Source: a virus
Taxonomy: Duplodnaviria > Caudoviricetes
DNA: 51,206 bases
Virus record (IMG/VR): IMGVR_UViG_3300036823_000047
Coordinates: 1-51,206 of that record
Reading direction: 5' to 3' (one strand)
In this document: one piece after another, positions 19,000 through 26,866 of the stretch
Position numbering within the stretch: the stretch's first letter is position 1
Layout of the letters: each line of letters starts with the position of its first letter
Program-made: the position numbers and the translations under genes
Notes under the pieces: generated by a model
The model's database searches: none
What the model saw: the letters and a program-made list of their open reading frames with translations, nothing else
What the model was told of the DNA's origin: nothing

Positions 19000-19326
19000 C
19001 TATTCCTCGTCGAAGTTCTCTCGAGCAAGCTTGGCTTTGAGGTCGTTGATCAGGGCGATCCTGTCATCTACTTCAGCCTGCAGTCGTGCGATCTTCGCGT
19101 TGATGCTCCCCTTCGTCACCGAGAGCTCGATGTTCTCGGCGTCAAGGTTTTGGCGGTTGTTGTCCTTGAAGATGGCACGCTCACCTGGAAGGAGCTGTCG
19201 ACCGATGCTTGCCTCTAGGATCAGAGTGTGCTTGCCAACCCAGCCACGGTCTTCTGTCTTGACCTGGATGTAGCCGTTGGCGTTAGTCGTTTCCGTCCCC
19301 ACTGGGCTCGTTACTCCACGCGGCAT
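19000..19326 (-). CDS. HNH-like protein with degenerate active site plus coiled coil
   Basis: NGYIQVK..WVGKH.LI.E..IGR.L.PGE..IFKDNNRQN...ENIEL. Confidence 0.65.
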   Translation of the reverse strand: MPRGVTSPVGTETTNANGYIQVKTEDRGWVGKHTLILEASIGRQLLPGERAIFKDNNRQNLDAENIELSVTKGSINAKIARLQAEVDDRIALINDLKAKLARENFDEE

Positions 19327-19516
19327 CTGCTACCACCACCTTGATGTCGGATTCGATCTCCCACATGAACTCTGCGAGCTTCGTGACAGCATCCGTCTTC
19401 TCTTCGAGGGACGGAGCACGCCACCCATCGATAGGGTAGCCGTTGGTCTTTGTGGGCTGTATGCTCCACGCGTCGACAATAGTAACAGCCTTGTCGATAG
19501 CCTCTTCACGGTTCAT
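19283..19516 (-). CDS. Hypothetical protein
   Basis: ATGA coupling to polymerase stop. Confidence 0.6.
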   Translation of the reverse strand: MNREEAIDKAVTIVDAWSIQPTKTNGYPIDGWRAPSLEEKTDAVTKLAEFMWEIESDIKVVVADAAWSNEPSGDGND

Positions 19517-21912
19517 AGTTCTCCCCAGCTCCTTCCTACTGATACATCTACTTCGAATGGGACGTAGTCGGTAATTCGACGAGCTGCTTCGACCATCTCA
19601 GTGCGGAGCATATGCTGCACGAGCTCCACCCGTGACTCATGCGCCTCGACGACCAGAGCATCGTGAATCGTAAGCCTAATGAATCCGATGCCCCGCAGCT
19701 GAGGACGTAGGCGTACGAGAGCACTAAGACAGATATCTGATGCAGTTGACTGAGGAAGGTAAGAGAGTCCTTCCTTGAAGACGTCGTTCTGTGTCTGAGG
19801 GGTGACGAGTGCGAAACGGCGTCGCCTACCGAAGGGCGATACCAGGTCTTCGCCTCGAAGGATCCTGTCCTTGATTGTCTCCTGCCATGCGACAGTGTCT
19901 GGGATCGTGGCGAGGAACGCCGCAAAGTCACTGCGTGCCTCGTCAAGGGGGATCTTGTACTCTTGTGCAATGGAGTAGGCTTCTCTACCGAACGCGATGC
20001 CGTAGAAGAAGGCCTTTGTTCTGACACGTTGTTCCTTATTCAGTTCCGAGGGATCGCACTTGTAGAGACCGGAGCCGAGCATATTGAACAAGTCCTGGTC
20101 ACTGGCAAAGATGTCACGCAGGTATGTGTCTTGAGCCAGCCACGCAATAACTCGACCCTCAGCCTGCTTGTAGTCTGCTTGTACCAGGACGTGTCCCGGC
20201 TTGCTCGCAACAAACTGACGTCTAATGTCCTTATCCCGGACAATGTTCTGTAGGTTCGGATTCCTACTCGCCAGGCGGCCAGAGGTCGTCCCGTGGAGAA
20301 GGTAGTTGGTGAAGACACGGTTACCGTAAAGCCTTTTCCGAATACCTTTGACGTAGGTCCCGTAGCGCTTAGCTTCGAAGCGATGCGCCAGTAGTCCGTC
20401 AACGAACTGACCTTCGTGCGTTTCGAGACTGAGCCGCTCCGCAAGACTATTGAGAGTGTCTTTGTCGGTCGAGGCGACACGAATCGCTCGCGCTTCGAAG
20501 AACGCCTTGACTTGCTTCGGGGAGCGGGGGTTGATTGCTTTGATGTCTCCCTTAGTAGCCTCAGCAACGATTCGGGATAGGTCATCTTCCATCCTATCCA
20601 GCTTGGACAGGTAAGCCCGCTCAAGCTCCTTGTTGTAGTCTACATCGACCGCCATACCGTTGAGCTCAAGGTACATAAGCTCATTTGATGCTGCCACCAG
20701 GAAGTCATGCCAATCCCGGAGAGACTTGACAGGCAGACTCGGATAAGGCCAAACCCATGCCTCGGGCGTAGGTGCATCGAGCTCGGCAGTGAACACCTCG
20801 AACAGATCCCACGTACACGCGATGTCAATTGCATTGTATTTGTATAGGATGGGACGGGGGATCTGTGCGTAGGAGCCACCGTGCGGGATGAACCTCTTGA
20901 TCTCGTCGTCGTACTGTGGAGCACCCAAACGTTCGACTGCAAGGACCTTAAGTCCATGTCCTCCCGAACGTTCGTCCAAAGCGTAGTGCGCCAGCATAGT
21001 GTCGAACCATAGTCTGAGGGCACCAAAGATGGGATAGAGACCTTCGAGATCGAACTTACCGTTTTGGCCAATGAGTCGACTGCGCCGTAGAATACGGTAA
21101 AGCCGTCCCCTGACTTGAGCGTTTGCCATTGCAGCTTCGCCGACGACATAGACCGAGCCCTTCTCCCAGCCAAGTCCCACACAGAGCATCTGATACATGT
21201 TCGGGTGATCGAACGATGTATCCTTGTCGATACCTACCTCGATGTCGATAACCAGTTCGAGGTTGCCTGTCTCGTTCTGCCAACGCCAGAGCCAGTCGAG
21301 GAACGTAACGGCTTGAAGAGGTTCCTCACCGTAGTTCCAAGTAGGCTCCTTCCAGTCGTTCAGGAAGACCTTGTTGACCTTCTCGATGTCCGAGGCTAGC
21401 GTTGGAAACGCATCTGGATTTCGGAGAGCGTAAGCAGGGTGCCACGTTGGGATAATTCGCTCAACAGGGCTATTGCGAAGTCGCTCGGTCGGTCTTTTCG
21501 GAGGGCCAACACGGAGGGCTGTAATAGTCCTTGGATCGTCAATGAGGATATTAGTTGCAGTTCCTCCGAGCGCAACCACAGTAGCGACACCGGAGTCGGC
21601 GAGCTCTTGTAGAAGGCGAGGTCGACAAGCAACCTGTGCTGCTGCAGGTGGAGTTGCATTGTCTGGAGGTCGACATAGGCAGACATTGGTATACAACACC
21701 TCCTTGCGTTCGAAGCCTACGTAGTTCAGAACACGATCAAGCAGCTTGCCAGATGGTCCCTTGAAGGGTTCACCGTACACTGTCTCCTGGAAACCTGGAG
21801 CTTCTCCGACAACTGCCAGGCGAGGCACCCCCACCGGAATCAGTGAGGGTGCCATGCGCTCGTCTTTCAAAGGGCAGTGTTCGCAGTCAGCCCCAGGAGC
21901 CTTAGGCTCCAC
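19513..21912 (-). CDS. Family A DNA polymerase with N-terminal family-4 uracil-DNA glycosylase domain and 3'-5' exonuclease
   Basis: CxxC, GEAPG, CLCRP, WHPA (UDG); DIE, NGKFD, YNAID (exo); TTSGRLAS.NPNLQN, DYKQAE, K...YG, IHD (pol A). Confidence 0.95.
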   Translation of the reverse strand: MEPKAPGADCEHCPLKDERMAPSLIPVGVPRLAVVGEAPGFQETVYGEPFKGPSGKLLDRVLNYVGFERKEVLYTNVCLCRPPDNATPPAAAQVACRPRLLQELADSGVATVVALGGTATNILIDDPRTITALRVGPPKRPTERLRNSPVERIIPTWHPAYALRNPDAFPTLASDIEKVNKVFLNDWKEPTWNYGEEPLQAVTFLDWLWRWQNETGNLELVIDIEVGIDKDTSFDHPNMYQMLCVGLGWEKGSVYVVGEAAMANAQVRGRLYRILRRSRLIGQNGKFDLEGLYPIFGALRLWFDTMLAHYALDERSGGHGLKVLAVERLGAPQYDDEIKRFIPHGGSYAQIPRPILYKYNAIDIACTWDLFEVFTAELDAPTPEAWVWPYPSLPVKSLRDWHDFLVAASNELMYLELNGMAVDVDYNKELERAYLSKLDRMEDDLSRIVAEATKGDIKAINPRSPKQVKAFFEARAIRVASTDKDTLNSLAERLSLETHEGQFVDGLLAHRFEAKRYGTYVKGIRKRLYGNRVFTNYLLHGTTSGRLASRNPNLQNIVRDKDIRRQFVASKPGHVLVQADYKQAEGRVIAWLAQDTYLRDIFASDQDLFNMLGSGLYKCDPSELNKEQRVRTKAFFYGIAFGREAYSIAQEYKIPLDEARSDFAAFLATIPDTVAWQETIKDRILRGEDLVSPFGRRRRFALVTPQTQNDVFKEGLSYLPQSTASDICLSALVRLRPQLRGIGFIRLTIHDALVVEAHESRVELVQHMLRTEMVEAARRITDYVPFEVDVSVGRSWGEL

Positions 21913-22660
21913 GCGCCCAGCTGAGGAAGGTATCGATGTTGTACGACAGCGTGTCGTTATCGATCTTCCCCGTCCAGTCAGCCGTGAAGTATGCTCCTGG
22001 ACGGTTCATGTGCACGTCGGGAGCATCAATGCGGAAGCCCGCGATGGCGTAGTTGTACGGCATGCTGCTGTCGACACCTCGTACCCACGGGAACTCCTTC
22101 CCGATCGTCTTGACCTCCTTCGGCCACACAGGGTTGGTGCCAAGAAGGTGAACACGGGTGTCCTCGCCCCACCGCCGAGCGATGTACTTCAGAACGTGGA
22201 TCCGTGCCTCGACATCGGCCAGCGTGGTCAAGAAGTGCCGAGGGATACCGAGAACAGGATTGTCGTAGGTGTTCATGTAGTGATCGATGCTACGCTGAAC
22301 CTCGTGCCAGTCGAGGCCCTGGACGACCAACATGAAGCGCAGGGGTGGCAGACCGGACCAATGACTCTTCCGGTCCAGGAAGTCCCGAACGCGGTTGATC
22401 GTCCCCTCGCAGTCCCTCATGACGTCGGGAACAACAACCTCGTTCGCCGACATGTTCCGAGCAGCGATGATCAGATCAGCATCCGAGACAGTGCTACCCT
22501 CAGCGGCACCGTTATCGACGATGACATAGTCGCCAGCGCCCGCCTCGTAGGCGTAGTTGCTCAGGTAGTCGTCCGTATCGATCTGTGCCAGCGCCAGGTG
22601 GTAGTTGGACACATGCACCGTGTTGTAGTAACCCTTCGGGGCGATCAAGGCCGCTTTCAT
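21902..22660 (-). CDS. dpdA: DpdA-like 7-deazaguanine DNA transglycosylase (TGT fold)
   Basis: VDNGA, VPDV, VVQG, VHLLG, RGVDSS motifs; in operon with preQ0 synthesis genes. Confidence 0.75.
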   Translation of the reverse strand: MKAALIAPKGYYNTVHVSNYHLALAQIDTDDYLSNYAYEAGAGDYVIVDNGAAEGSTVSDADLIIAARNMSANEVVVPDVMRDCEGTINRVRDFLDRKSHWSGLPPLRFMLVVQGLDWHEVQRSIDHYMNTYDNPVLGIPRHFLTTLADVEARIHVLKYIARRWGEDTRVHLLGTNPVWPKEVKTIGKEFPWVRGVDSSMPYNYAIAGFRIDAPDVHMNRPGAYFTADWTGKIDNDTLSYNIDTFLSWARGA

Positions 22661-22995
22661 TCCGGACGTCCCTTCAGCATCTTGGCGTTCTTGCCGAGCG
22701 GGCCCATGTAGTCGGACTGCTCGTGCTTGATACTGGCGTCGGCCTGGAACTCGCCGATCTTGTCCTGAAGCATGCGGAGCTTGATGTAGCTGAAGCGGGC
22801 GTAGTTAGCCAGGTCGAGGATCTCATCCATGGCGTGCTGGAGAGTATCGATACCGAGCCAACTACCTGCGCCGTACTTCTTCTCGCCCTCGTCGTGGCGC
22901 TCTTGGGTCTTCTGATCGAACTCGGCGCTGTACGAGTTGATTCGGTCGATCAACTGCGTAACCTCGCCCGGGTCGGAGATGGTGAAGTCAGGCAT
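22657..22995 (-). CDS. All-alpha NTP pyrophosphohydrolase-like protein
   Basis: GEKKYG...DTLQHAMDEILDLANY; start at ATG 22995. Confidence 0.55.
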   Translation of the reverse strand: MPDFTISDPGEVTQLIDRINSYSAEFDQKTQERHDEGEKKYGAGSWLGIDTLQHAMDEILDLANYARFSYIKLRMLQDKIGEFQADASIKHEQSDYMGPLGKNAKMLKGRPE

Positions 22996-23377
22996 TGTTG
23001 TCCTCTCGTGGGGAGATGTCCTCAGGCACGTCGTCCAGGCCGGTCGCCGGGTGACGTACGTCCTTGTAGGAACCGAAGCGCGCGTCGTTGAAGTCACGCT
23101 TCGCGTTCCAGACGCTCTCCCAGTTGACGTCCTTGAACTCCTTGGCACCCATCAGGTTGCACAAGTAGATCATGACATCGACGATCTCCTCGGCCAGCTC
23201 CTCTCGAACGTCATCGAGCTGAACGGAACCGCGAACGATCTTCTTGGTCAGGTTCGCGACCTCGCCCGCCTCACCACACATGCAGAGGACGAGGTTAGGA
23301 AGCTCCTGAGCCCTACCAGGGAACCACTTCGTACTGTCGATCACGCACTGGGTGATCATCAGTTCAAGATCCATCAT
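22988..23377 (-). CDS. MazG-like nucleotide pyrophosphohydrolase
   Basis: GEAGEVANLTKK...LAEEIVDVMIYL (EXXE...EXXD). Confidence 0.85.
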   Translation of the reverse strand: MMDLELMITQCVIDSTKWFPGRAQELPNLVLCMCGEAGEVANLTKKIVRGSVQLDDVREELAEEIVDVMIYLCNLMGAKEFKDVNWESVWNAKRDFNDARFGSYKDVRHPATGLDDVPEDISPREDNNA

Positions 23378-23610
23378 ACCTCGTCCTTCTTGTCGCCACC
23401 GGTCCAGCGGTCCGAGCCTTCGTGCCCCAGTGTCTGATGAATGGTTGGTCCCTGGATGTGCTTGGACTGCATGTGCTGCAGCTTGGCCATCTCCATGTAG
23501 CCAACAGCCTCGACGGTGGTAAAGCCTTCGCTAACGGATACCTCCAGACCGATCTCTTCCCTCTCGATGTCCTCAACGACCGTGATGACGATCTGCTTCT
23601 CTACCCTCAT
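23374..23610 (-). CDS. Hypothetical protein inside modification cluster
   Basis: ATGA coupling with folE stop at 23607-23610. Confidence 0.6.
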   Translation of the reverse strand: MRVEKQIVITVVEDIEREEIGLEVSVSEGFTTVEAVGYMEMAKLQHMQSKHIQGPTIHQTLGHEGSDRWTGGDKKDEV

Positions 23611-24242
23611 TTGATCCTCGACAGAAACTCGGTCTTCGCGGTCTTGGAGTGATCGCTGAAGACACCACGGGTCACCACAGTGCTTGTAGTCGTGCCTGGG
23701 GTCTGAACCCCACGAATGGTCATGCACAGGTGCTCAGCCTCCATCATCACGATGATCCCCTTCGGGGTAAGGCGCTGCTCGAGGAAGTCGGCCACGTTCT
23801 CCGTCAGCCCCTCCTGCACCTGAAGTCGTCGAGCGAAGTGGTGAACCACTCGAGCGAACTTGGAGAGGCCTGCTACCTCGCCGTCAGGTACGTAACCGAT
23901 CCAGGCGTGACCGACGAACGGGACGACGTGATGGTTGCAGACGCTCGCGAAGGGGATGCGGTTGATGATCACCATCTGGTCAACGTCTTCCGCGAACGTC
24001 TTCCACTTGATGCAGTCACCGTTACAGTCCTTGCACCTGGTCACCTCCTCGATCATGTTGATGAAGCGCTTCGGAGTCTCTCGAGCGTGGCCACTCGTCA
24101 TGTCGAGGCCAGCGTGGTTAGTGAGGATGTTCTCTGCATCCTCAACAGTCGTACTGAAGGTATTGCCCATAGGCCCTTCGACAGCCGGAGTGAAGATTTC
24201 TCCCAGGCGCTTCAGACCTGGGTTAAAGTGCTGCTCGTTCAA
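23607..24242 (-). CDS. folE: GTP cyclohydrolase I
   Basis: ETPKR, CNHH, GLSKFAR, RLQVQE, HLCM.IRG motifs. Confidence 0.95.
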   Translation of the reverse strand: MNEQHFNPGLKRLGEIFTPAVEGPMGNTFSTTVEDAENILTNHAGLDMTSGHARETPKRFINMIEEVTRCKDCNGDCIKWKTFAEDVDQMVIINRIPFASVCNHHVVPFVGHAWIGYVPDGEVAGLSKFARVVHHFARRLQVQEGLTENVADFLEQRLTPKGIIVMMEAEHLCMTIRGVQTPGTTTSTVVTRGVFSDHSKTAKTEFLSRIK

Positions 24243-24243
24243 G

Positions 24244-24948
24244 TCAGACTCCGATCTTGTCAGGGTGCCAAACGAACTTGTGCACCTGTACGTTCAGTCG
24301 CCAGGGGAGGTCGTCGTTGAGCATGCGCTGACACAGCTCCTCCGTCGACATGGGTCCGTTCCAGACGACGCCGGCATAGATGACAGGTTCCTCCTCCCGG
24401 CCCTTGATGTGGTTCACGTAGCGGTACTTGGCAATGCGGTAGTCGTCCTCATCCTTGATGGTGAACTTGATCGCATCGTGTGCCTCGAGAAAGGCCTTGT
24501 TCACGTCGAAGGTGTTGTACGTCGTCTCGTAGTTCTCGCCCGACCCAGGAAGCTTCCAGTCGAGGATGAAGGTGTCGATCATGTAAGGCAGATCGTCACC
24601 CCAGTCCAACGAACCATTGGTGAAGCATTCCACCTCGATGGTCTCACGTGACCCCTTCAGGCCTGTGATGAACTGGGCGAGGTCCTTCTTGTTCTGAAGG
24701 AAGACCTCGCCGCCGGTGAGGCAGATGCTGTCCGTGTTGAAACTGAGGACGTGGTCTGCCAACTCGATCGGAGTGTAGTGCTGCTGCGTCTTGGTGAAGA
24801 GCGCAGGGTCGATGGCGTGCTGAGTGTCGCACGGCCATCCTGGGCACTTGAAGTTACAGCCAGCGAACCGAACGAAGACCGTCGGCTTCGTCGTGTTGGG
24901 GCCTTCGCCCTGGTAGGAGACGTAAGTCTCCACGACTCGGAGTGTCAT
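24244..24948 (-). CDS. queE: 7-carboxy-7-deazaguanine synthase (radical SAM)
   Basis: SYQGEG, VFVRFAGCNFKC....CDT, LTGGE, TNG, QVHK motifs. Confidence 0.93.
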   Translation of the reverse strand: MTLRVVETYVSYQGEGPNTTKPTVFVRFAGCNFKCPGWPCDTQHAIDPALFTKTQQHYTPIELADHVLSFNTDSICLTGGEVFLQNKKDLAQFITGLKGSRETIEVECFTNGSLDWGDDLPYMIDTFILDWKLPGSGENYETTYNTFDVNKAFLEAHDAIKFTIKDEDDYRIAKYRYVNHIKGREEEPVIYAGVVWNGPMSTEELCQRMLNDDLPWRLNVQVHKFVWHPDKIGV

Positions 24949-25466
24949 CGTGCTCCCTGAACCATCTTGGCGTCGAAGCCATTCCAGTGGTACATAACCT
25001 CTGCACCGTTCGTCTTGGTCTCATCGATACGACAGATCACATCGCACCGGTAGGTGTTAGCAGCCCACTCGGCAATCCACTTGGCGAGGTTCTCTACGGT
25101 CGGATCCCCCGGCACGAGCGACAGACCTGGAAGGAATTTCTGGCTGTCCTCAGCCTTGACCTCGAAGTAGACATTGTCTACCGTCGTGGCATGTGCGATC
25201 TGGAAGATCGGCTGTGCCCAGGGATCCGCTTCGTTGAGAACCAGTCGGTGGTCGTACAAGGAGTCGATGTGGTTCCGGAACTTCCTCTTCATGTCACCGA
25301 ACTCGAGCTGCTCGTGTGCCGCGTTCAGAGCCATACCTTCTGGACCTTCGACTACAAGGAGCTCAAGCTCTACCTGCATCCCATGTCCGTGAATCTGCTG
25401 GCACTTGCCAGTGTCGAGAGAAAGCCTGTGAGCCATCTCCATGTTGTGACGGATTTTCAATCGCAT
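24945..25466 (-). CDS. queD: 6-carboxytetrahydropterin synthase
   Basis: AHRL, CQQIHGH, YDH, PTVENLA, ET motifs. Confidence 0.92.
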   Translation of the reverse strand: MRLKIRHNMEMAHRLSLDTGKCQQIHGHGMQVELELLVVEGPEGMALNAAHEQLEFGDMKRKFRNHIDSLYDHRLVLNEADPWAQPIFQIAHATTVDNVYFEVKAEDSQKFLPGLSLVPGDPTVENLAKWIAEWAANTYRCDVICRIDETKTNGAEVMYHWNGFDAKMVQGAR

Positions 25467-25478
25467 CTGAACGACCTG

Positions 25479-25555
25479 CCCGTGTGGAGTCTTTGGAAGG
25501 TGTAGAGTTACTTGTTAAACAACCACGTGTAGGCTTCTCCAAGGCTCCACACGGG
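25479..25555. repeat. Full symmetric element A: CGTGTGGAG-N24-GTTAAAC-N24-CTCCACACG
   Basis: Arms 25481-25489 and 25545-25553; core 25514-25520. Confidence 0.9.
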
Positions 25556-25618
25556 AGTTGTTTTCCTGTTCATTACGTGCCTCGACACCGATCTGTGAGC
25601 GCATGTCGAGGCTACCTG

Positions 25619-26029
25619 TTACGGCTGAACGAGCTTGATCGATCCGGTCCAGTCGTTGTAGATGCCCATCGAGGCCTGCCCCTGCGGCGCCTGGCCCTCG
25701 TAGACCGACGAGCCGGTGCACGTGGTGTTGTCGTAGAAGTACAGCTCGGCCGTCTGGCCGTTGAACAGTTCGAAGTTCGCGTACCACGAGCTGGTCTTGT
25801 TCGACCACGTGGCGTTGAACTGCCAGCAGTCGTTGGCGGCGTGGAAGATCGCGGCCGTGGTCTGGGCAGCGATCGGCGTGCCGTAGTTGCTGTCCCAGTA
25901 GACGCAGACCGAGCCCGTGTTGCAGCCGTGGACCGTCGTGCCGCTGGCCTGTGCCGGCTGTGCGATGTTCACCGCACCGAACAGGGAGACGAGGGACGCC
26001 ACGAGGGCAATCCCGATCTTCTTGAACAT
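25619..26029 (-). CDS. Secreted peptidase-inhibitor I36 / beta-gamma-crystallin-like protein
   Basis: Sec signal ending PAQA; GC..G.VCVY.D.NY.G, W.NKTSS, YNDWTGSI motifs. Confidence 0.75.
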   Translation of the reverse strand: MFKKIGIALVASLVSLFGAVNIAQPAQASGTTVHGCNTGSVCVYWDSNYGTPIAAQTTAAIFHAANDCWQFNATWSNKTSSWYANFELFNGQTAELYFYDNTTCTGSSVYEGQAPQGQASMGIYNDWTGSIKLVQP

Positions 26030-26044
26030 CCGTGTTCCTCTCTT

Positions 26045-26866
26045 CTACTTGGCGTTCGCGATTGCGGTACGCCAAAACTCTGAGTCCTCGTACTGGGTGG
26101 CGTCGTAGTCGCTACCGTGCCCACCACTCGTACGAGCCGCTGCCTCGTCGATGGCCTCGAGCCGCTCGACGCAGGTGCCACACTTGCCGCAGTGGATGTC
26201 GCCGCCCTTGTAGCAGCTCCACGTCTTCTCGATCGGCACACCCATCGTGATGGCTCGGTGTGCGATGTCGGCCTTGGTCTTGTGCATGTACGGCGCCATG
26301 AGGTACGGAGACCACTCGTCGCCGTCCTTGACGTTACCTGCATCGTCGAACGGTCCGAAGCCCTTGTTGCCGGACATGATGGCCGCGTTGGTGATCTGGA
26401 TGAACTCCGGACGGCAGTCCGGGTAGACGAAGTGGTCGCCGGCGTGGACTCCGGTGAAGAGTGCCCGGTAGCCGTTGTTGACCGCGATGCCTGCCGCGAT
26501 GGAGATCATGATCATGTTGCGGTTCGGAACGACGGTCGCCTTCATGTTGTCCTCGGCGTAGTGTCCCTCGGGCACGTCGATGAGGTCTGAGGCCTTGGTG
26601 TCAGGTGTGACGCCTGCGTACGACGTGAGAGCCGAGTTGCTGATCAGGTGAGTGATACTCGACAGGTCGACGATGTCGTGACGCAGTCCGAGCTCGACAG
26701 CCGTTGCGGCGGCGTACTGGAGTTCCTTCTTGTGTCGCTGGCCGTAGTCGAAGCTGATCAGGTGAGGCATGTAGCCCTGCTCGATGGCGTCGTAGACCAA
26801 CGTCGTCGAGTCCAGACCACCACTGAAGATGGCGGCGGAGTCGGGCGTCTGTCGTGCGTAGGTCAC
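26045..26866 (-). CDS. queC: 7-cyano-7-deazaguanine synthase
   Basis: SGGLDS, FDYGQRH, VPNRN, YPDCR, TWSCY...CGKCGTC motifs. Confidence 0.97.
   Translation of the reverse strand: MTYARQTPDSAAIFSGGLDSTTLVYDAIEQGYMPHLISFDYGQRHKKELQYAAATAVELGLRHDIVDLSSITHLISNSALTSYAGVTPDTKASDLIDVPEGHYAEDNMKATVVPNRNMIMISIAAGIAVNNGYRALFTGVHAGDHFVYPDCRPEFIQITNAAIMSGNKGFGPFDDAGNVKDGDEWSPYLMAPYMHKTKADIAHRAITMGVPIEKTWSCYKGGDIHCGKCGTCVERLEAIDEAAARTSGGHGSDYDATQYEDSEFWRTAIANAK

Noticed and set aside
21902-23377. 2-aminoadenine (Z) genome pathway
   Set aside because: MazG-like genes are present, but there is no PurZ/adenylosuccinate synthetase-like ORF
23607-26866. Auxiliary queuosine tRNA-modification pathway
   Set aside because: No queF/queA/queG; the TGT-fold gene is short, DpdA-like and linked to the DNA polymerase, favouring DNA modification
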